Source: Fimbriiglobus sp. (GTDB taxonomy: Bacteria > Planctomycetota > Planctomycetia > Gemmatales > Gemmataceae). Taken from it: DNA of 64,000 nucleotides. A model generated the notes under the pieces. The model did not search any database and was not told the origin of the DNA. It worked only from the letters and a program-made list of their open reading frames with translations. Of the stretch, positions 60,250 to 64,000 are shown piece after piece. The translations under genes and the position numbers were made by a program. The stretch spans positions 807-64,806 of the forward strand of contig JANXWE010000066.1 of NCBI GenBank assembly GCA_025351325.1, read 5' to 3'. The stretch's first letter is position 1; every line of letters starts with the position of its first letter.

Positions 60250-61001
60250 TTCTTCACCTCGTTCACTTCGGCCGCGTAAGACAGGATGGTACCCTTCAAC
60301 CGTCGGCGTTCCAAATCTTGGGCCACTTGCTTGACGTAGGCCCGCTGCAATTCGACGTGGCAGGCGATCCGCACTTCCGGTGGCCGGGAGACCGTTTGCA
60401 GGAGCGAATCGAGCCGATTCGACAGGTCGCCGACGGATTGGAGGTTGGCGTTGTCTTTCGATGGCGATACGGCGCCGACGCCGATGCCGTAAAAGACGTC
60501 GCCGTTGGGGCGCTTGTCGAGGAAGATCGTCACGGCGTCGGGATCTTTGCTCAACGTCCCGGCGTTCTTCATCCCTGGCACGCGCACCGGCGAGACCGAC
60601 GACACCGCTGTGGTGAGCATGAAAAAAATCAGCAGCACGAGGCTGACGTCGATGAGCGGAATCATGTCCACATCGTCGTCGTCGTCCTCCGGCATCTTCT
60701 TCCACCGATCCATATCGATGGCTTCGGCCGGTTCTGAGGGGTAGCTTCCGCTCGCGATTGCCGTGGCCACGGGAATGGCCGATGTCGGCTTCGGTTTGGT
60801 GATCCGTCGGAGAAAATCCGACACCTTCGGATGGTCGGCAATGCGCATCCACGGGGCCGTGGAACCGGCCGGGCGGATTTTGTCGTCGGCGCTCGCGCGG
60901 CCCTGCTCCGCCCAGCCACAGAGAACGTGGTACGGCACGCCCTTGTAGACCGTGTCGCCCACCAACAGGAAGACGTCGAAGTTTTCCCCGCGCGAAGCCA
61001 T
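60246..61001 (-). CDS. exbD: ExbD/TolR family protein with N-terminal GYF_2-like cytoplasmic domain
   Basis: MIPLIDVSLVLLIFFMLT TM motif. The N-terminus is VYKGVPYHVLCGWAEQGRASADDKIRPAGSTAPWMRIADHPKVSDFL. Confidence 0.8.
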   Translation of the reverse strand: MASRGENFDVFLLVGDTVYKGVPYHVLCGWAEQGRASADDKIRPAGSTAPWMRIADHPKVSDFLRRITKPKPTSAIPVATAIASGSYPSEPAEAIDMDRWKKMPEDDDDDVDMIPLIDVSLVLLIFFMLTTAVSSVSPVRVPGMKNAGTLSKDPDAVTIFLDKRPNGDVFYGIGVGAVSPSKDNANLQSVGDLSNRLDSLLQTVSRPPEVRIACHVELQRAYVKQVAQDLERRRLKGTILSYAAEVNEVKK

Positions 61002-61030
61002 GGTGCAGTCTCTCGGCCAAGTGAAACGGA

Positions 61031-61729
61031 CTACCGCACTTTCGCGCGTCCCTGAGTCTGCTCTTCAATTTCTTCGACTTCGGACGCGTCGCCGTCCGGG
61101 TTGTTCTTGGCGTTCAGAACCAGCGTGATCAACTTCTGGCTGGCGATCTTCATTTTGGTTTCGAATTTCCCGATCCACGCTTTGAACAGCACGTGGCAGA
61201 ACACCAGCGGAATAGCCGTGAGCAATCCGAGTGCGGTAGCAAACAGGGCCAGCCCGATCGACCCGGCAGAACTGGTCACACCGGCCGGGTTGCCCGAGTC
61301 CGACGAGATTTTGTTGAAGGTGTTGATCATCGAGATCACGGTACCGAGCAGTCCGACCATGGTGCTGATTTTGGCGATGGCCAGAATCATCGGCAGGAGG
61401 AAATGCAAGCGCGGCAGGATTTCCAGTTCGACGGCGCTCGCCATGCTCCGACGCATCGCCGCGACACCTTGCTCGGCCGCTTCGAGACCGGCGACGTAGA
61501 GCAGACTCGGGATCAGCCCCTTTTCTTCGCGGCAGAAGTTCAGCGCGGCTTTCGGGCCTTTTTGTTTCAGGTTCTCTTGCACATCGATCAGCAACGGATC
61601 CAGTGGCATGTCGCTATTCAGGTTCAGCAGCCAACGCCAGATGACGAGTGCGAATGCGATGAACGTCATCAGTGTCATGGGGATCGCGAAGAACCATTCG
61701 TTCGTGTAGAACTTTCCAATCGCTTCCAT
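61031..61729 (-). CDS. exbB: MotA/TolQ/ExbB proton channel family protein
   Basis: Three TM helices. ISTMVGLLGTVISMI and IGLALFATALGLLTAIPLV are the conserved ExbB/TolQ motifs. Confidence 0.9.
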   Translation of the reverse strand: MEAIGKFYTNEWFFAIPMTLMTFIAFALVIWRWLLNLNSDMPLDPLLIDVQENLKQKGPKAALNFCREEKGLIPSLLYVAGLEAAEQGVAAMRRSMASAVELEILPRLHFLLPMILAIAKISTMVGLLGTVISMINTFNKISSDSGNPAGVTSSAGSIGLALFATALGLLTAIPLVFCHVLFKAWIGKFETKMKIASQKLITLVLNAKNNPDGDASEVEEIEEQTQGRAKVR

Positions 61730-61868
61730 TCGGCGGTCTCACAGATCGGTGTACGTGACGTGGATAGGCTTAGCTTGCCAGAAGTGCAACGCTCCGGCAA
61801 GCGGAGACGCTGGAAAGTGATAGTACAAATTGAATAAAAAACTTGTGAACCCCAACCCCGAATTATTC

Positions 61869-62771
61869 TCATTCCACCCCGGGCAACCCAGACGGCAGCC
61901 GGTGAACATCGGGGTGCAACAGGTGGGCGAGGATTTCCAAGCTATCGACGAGGCGTGGGCCGGGGCGACTGAAGTAGGAATTTCCATCGACAACGTGAAC
62001 ACGATCAGCACGCACACACGACAACTCGGCGAAGTGCGAATACCCCCGCAGAATCGGCAGATCTTGCAGAGTCCGTTCGGTGTTGAAACCGCAACAGGCA
62101 ATAACCAAGACTTCGGGATCGCACGCCACGATTTCATTCCAACTGATTTTGCGGCTCGGCTCCCCTTCGCGGCCGATGCCTTCGACACCGCCTGCCAGGC
62201 GAATCAATTCGGGCGACCAATGCCCAGAGCAGAACGGCGGGTCGATCCACTCCAACAACACCACGCGTGGTCGGTAGCCAATCCCGGTGGTGCGATTCGC
62301 CACCGCGTCGACACGGGCTTGGAGTTCCCCGATGACTTGACTCGCTCGGTCGGCGACACCGGCCGCTTCGCCGACCAGCCGGATACAATCGTACATTTCC
62401 GACAGCCGCATCGGCTCCAAATTCACGACCTTCGGCTGGCCCGGCAGTGAGCATGCGGCCGCCATCACTTCCTCTTCGGACACCGCGCAAACGTCGCACA
62501 GGGCTTGCGTCACCATCAAATTAGGGCGGAGTTCCTTGAGCAACGGCATATCGAGGGAGTAGAGTGCTTTCTGGGTCTTCAATCGTTCCCGAACCAACCC
62601 GTCGATTTCCCGGCTCGGGGCGTCGTGCGGGATCAGCGTCCGGGTCACTTTCGGGAGCGCGGTCACGAACGGTGGGAAATCGCATTCGTGGGTGACGCCG
62701 ACGAGTTGATCGCCCAATCCAAGCTGGCAGACGATCTCGGTGGCACTCGGCAACAGGGAGACGATTCGCAT
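61869..62771 (-). CDS. periplasmic-binding-protein type 8 (BtuF/iron-siderophore-like) protein without obvious signal peptide
   Basis: MRIVSLLPSATEIVCQLGLGDQLVGVTHECDFP matches the cobalamin/siderophore-binding family start. Confidence 0.7.
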   Translation of the reverse strand: MRIVSLLPSATEIVCQLGLGDQLVGVTHECDFPPFVTALPKVTRTLIPHDAPSREIDGLVRERLKTQKALYSLDMPLLKELRPNLMVTQALCDVCAVSEEEVMAAACSLPGQPKVVNLEPMRLSEMYDCIRLVGEAAGVADRASQVIGELQARVDAVANRTTGIGYRPRVVLLEWIDPPFCSGHWSPELIRLAGGVEGIGREGEPSRKISWNEIVACDPEVLVIACCGFNTERTLQDLPILRGYSHFAELSCVRADRVHVVDGNSYFSRPGPRLVDSLEILAHLLHPDVHRLPSGLPGVE

Positions 62772-62856
62772 GGGTGGCTCTACAGTTGAGTCATTGAAGT
62801 GTAGGTAAGCCGGCCAGCGTGAGTGAGTAAGCCTGACCTCATTTCCAATCGAGCAG

Positions 62857-64000
62857 TCACTGCGGCCACTTCAGAGCAATCGTGATGTCGGTTTCCTTCG
62901 CCTCCCACGCCGCCCGCAGAACGACAGCCCAGTCGACCTGTTTCTTCACCGCCTCGGCCCGGAGACTCGCCGGGGCCCGTTTGATGGTAAGTCGGAGGGA
63001 GGCGGGGCGGGTTTTTTCCAGCAACCCGAGCGCGTCGTTCCACTCGCCCTCGGTCGTCACCGAGCGGCCGTTAACCTGGAGAATGATGTCTGTGAGCTCG
63101 GCCGACGACTCTCCGACGATGCCGAAGACGGCGACGGCCGTGGCGTAGGTCAAATTCACATCTCGGGCTACCGTATCGCTCCGGAAATCCGGTGTCATCA
63201 CCCTCAACCCTGTATCGGGACGAACGACTCTCCCGTGCCGGATGAGTTGTTCTACGAACGGTGCCGTCGTCCGAGGGCCTCGGGAGAAATTGATGTTCTG
63301 AACCGAGGTGTCGGCGAAGCCGTAAGTGTTCACCCCCACCACTTGTCCTTCCCGGTTGATCAGCGGACCACCCGAGTTCCCATTGTTGATGGTGGCCGAA
63401 TGCTGTACCGAATCGGCTTGGTCACCGCGCATCGGTGTGCGGTCCAGCCCGTTGATTGTGCCGCCAATGGCAGTCGGGGGCCCCGGGATCGCGTCACCTT
63501 TCGGATACCCGACGCTGGTGACCGCCTGCCCGACTTTCATCCCGTTCGGGTCAGCGAATGTCAGATACGGGAACGTGCAGCCATTCACCTTGATGACGGC
63601 CAAGTCGGAGTGGGAGTCGTATCCGACGAGTTCGGCAGGGAGTTCGAACGGCCGCTCGGCCTCGGCTGGGCCGACTGCCTTTATGGACTTGGCAAAGGGC
63701 CGGTGCTTGCCCTGAATCACCAAGGTGATTTGCTGGTTCAGCAGTTCGGGCTCCCCAACTAAATAGATCGTGTCCTCCTTATTCATCCCCAGTTTCTGGA
63801 ACGCCAATTCCAGTACCAGCCTGGGCTTAGGCGGGCCCGCCACGTGGCAGTTGGTCACGACGTGTCCATTCGCATCAATGAAGAACCCGGATCCGGATCC
63901 ACCCGTCTCCAATTCCACCGTGTGACGAGTCGTCACCGGCGTCTTCGTATTCGGACTGAGAACGGTGTGGGCGATCACACACTTCACTGTCTGTCTCACT
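62857..64000 (-). CDS. trypsin-like serine peptidase with C-terminal PDZ domain, 5' partial at window edge
   Basis: GSGFFIDANGHVVTNCHV, DLAVIKV and NNGNSGGPLIN form the catalytic triad context. The C-terminus has a PDZ-like segment. The ORF is open to the end of the window. Confidence 0.85.
   Translation of the reverse strand, partial: VRQTVKCVIAHTVLSPNTKTPVTTRHTVELETGGSGSGFFIDANGHVVTNCHVAGPPKPRLVLELAFQKLGMNKEDTIYLVGEPELLNQQITLVIQGKHRPFAKSIKAVGPAEAERPFELPAELVGYDSHSDLAVIKVNGCTFPYLTFADPNGMKVGQAVTSVGYPKGDAIPGPPTAIGGTINGLDRTPMRGDQADSVQHSATINNGNSGGPLINREGQVVGVNTYGFADTSVQNINFSRGPRTTAPFVEQLIRHGRVVRPDTGLRVMTPDFRSDTVARDVNLTYATAVAVFGIVGESSAELTDIILQVNGRSVTTEGEWNDALGLLEKTRPASLRLTIKRAPASLRAEAVKKQVDWAVVLRAAWEAKETDITIALKWPQ

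Noticed and set aside
59626-61068. 480-aa ORF covering both exbD genes.
   Set aside because: The N-terminal 270 aa are arginine-rich junk overlapping the second exbD in another frame. The real gene starts at 60249 with an ATGA overlap.

Overview
High-GC, gene-dense chromosomal window with about 58 protein-coding genes. I found no rRNA, tRNA, CRISPR array, transposase, integrase or prophage genes. The protein architectures suggest a Planctomycetota (Gemmataceae-like) genome; this is inference only. They include DUF1573, FG-GAP/VCBS, a BBP7-like outer-membrane barrel, zinc-ribbon-anchored membrane proteins and very large ORFs. Most genes are housekeeping: pyc, zwf, kdgK, purE-purK, ribBA, rpoZ-gmk-yicC-secG-tpiA, DAHP synthase, pheA, dnaK, csrA and ilvN. 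Signalling genes are interleaved: an HD-GYP protein, two histidine kinases, an HTH-REC regulator, an ECF sigma/anti-sigma pair, PadR and XRE. There are also secreted peptidases and an ExbB-ExbD-ExbD module. The most unusual object is a 2342-aa single ORF (11464..18492). It encodes two complete, diverged UvrA proteins in tandem (four ABC ATPase sites, both with UvrB-binding-type inserts). A C-terminal extension of roughly 360 aa follows the second module and contains an internally duplicated domain of about 315 aa that I cannot assign to any family. A second notable signal is a family of imperfect palindromes built from 7-nt units (nCGGAwT arrays facing AwTCCGn arrays). One copy lies between a response-regulator gene and its kinase gene. 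Two or three copies lie inside the giant uvrA ORF without breaking the frame, reminiscent of Rickettsia palindromic elements. Other points of interest: an 81-nt hairpin after dnaK, an 870-nt ORF-poor region upstream of zwf, and a frameshifted small ORF coupled to zwf. There are also a membrane-protein/XRE/kinase operon with palindromic operators, leaderless-type promoters and several AT-richer orphan small genes. All functional calls come from motif recognition by eye. No database search was run.
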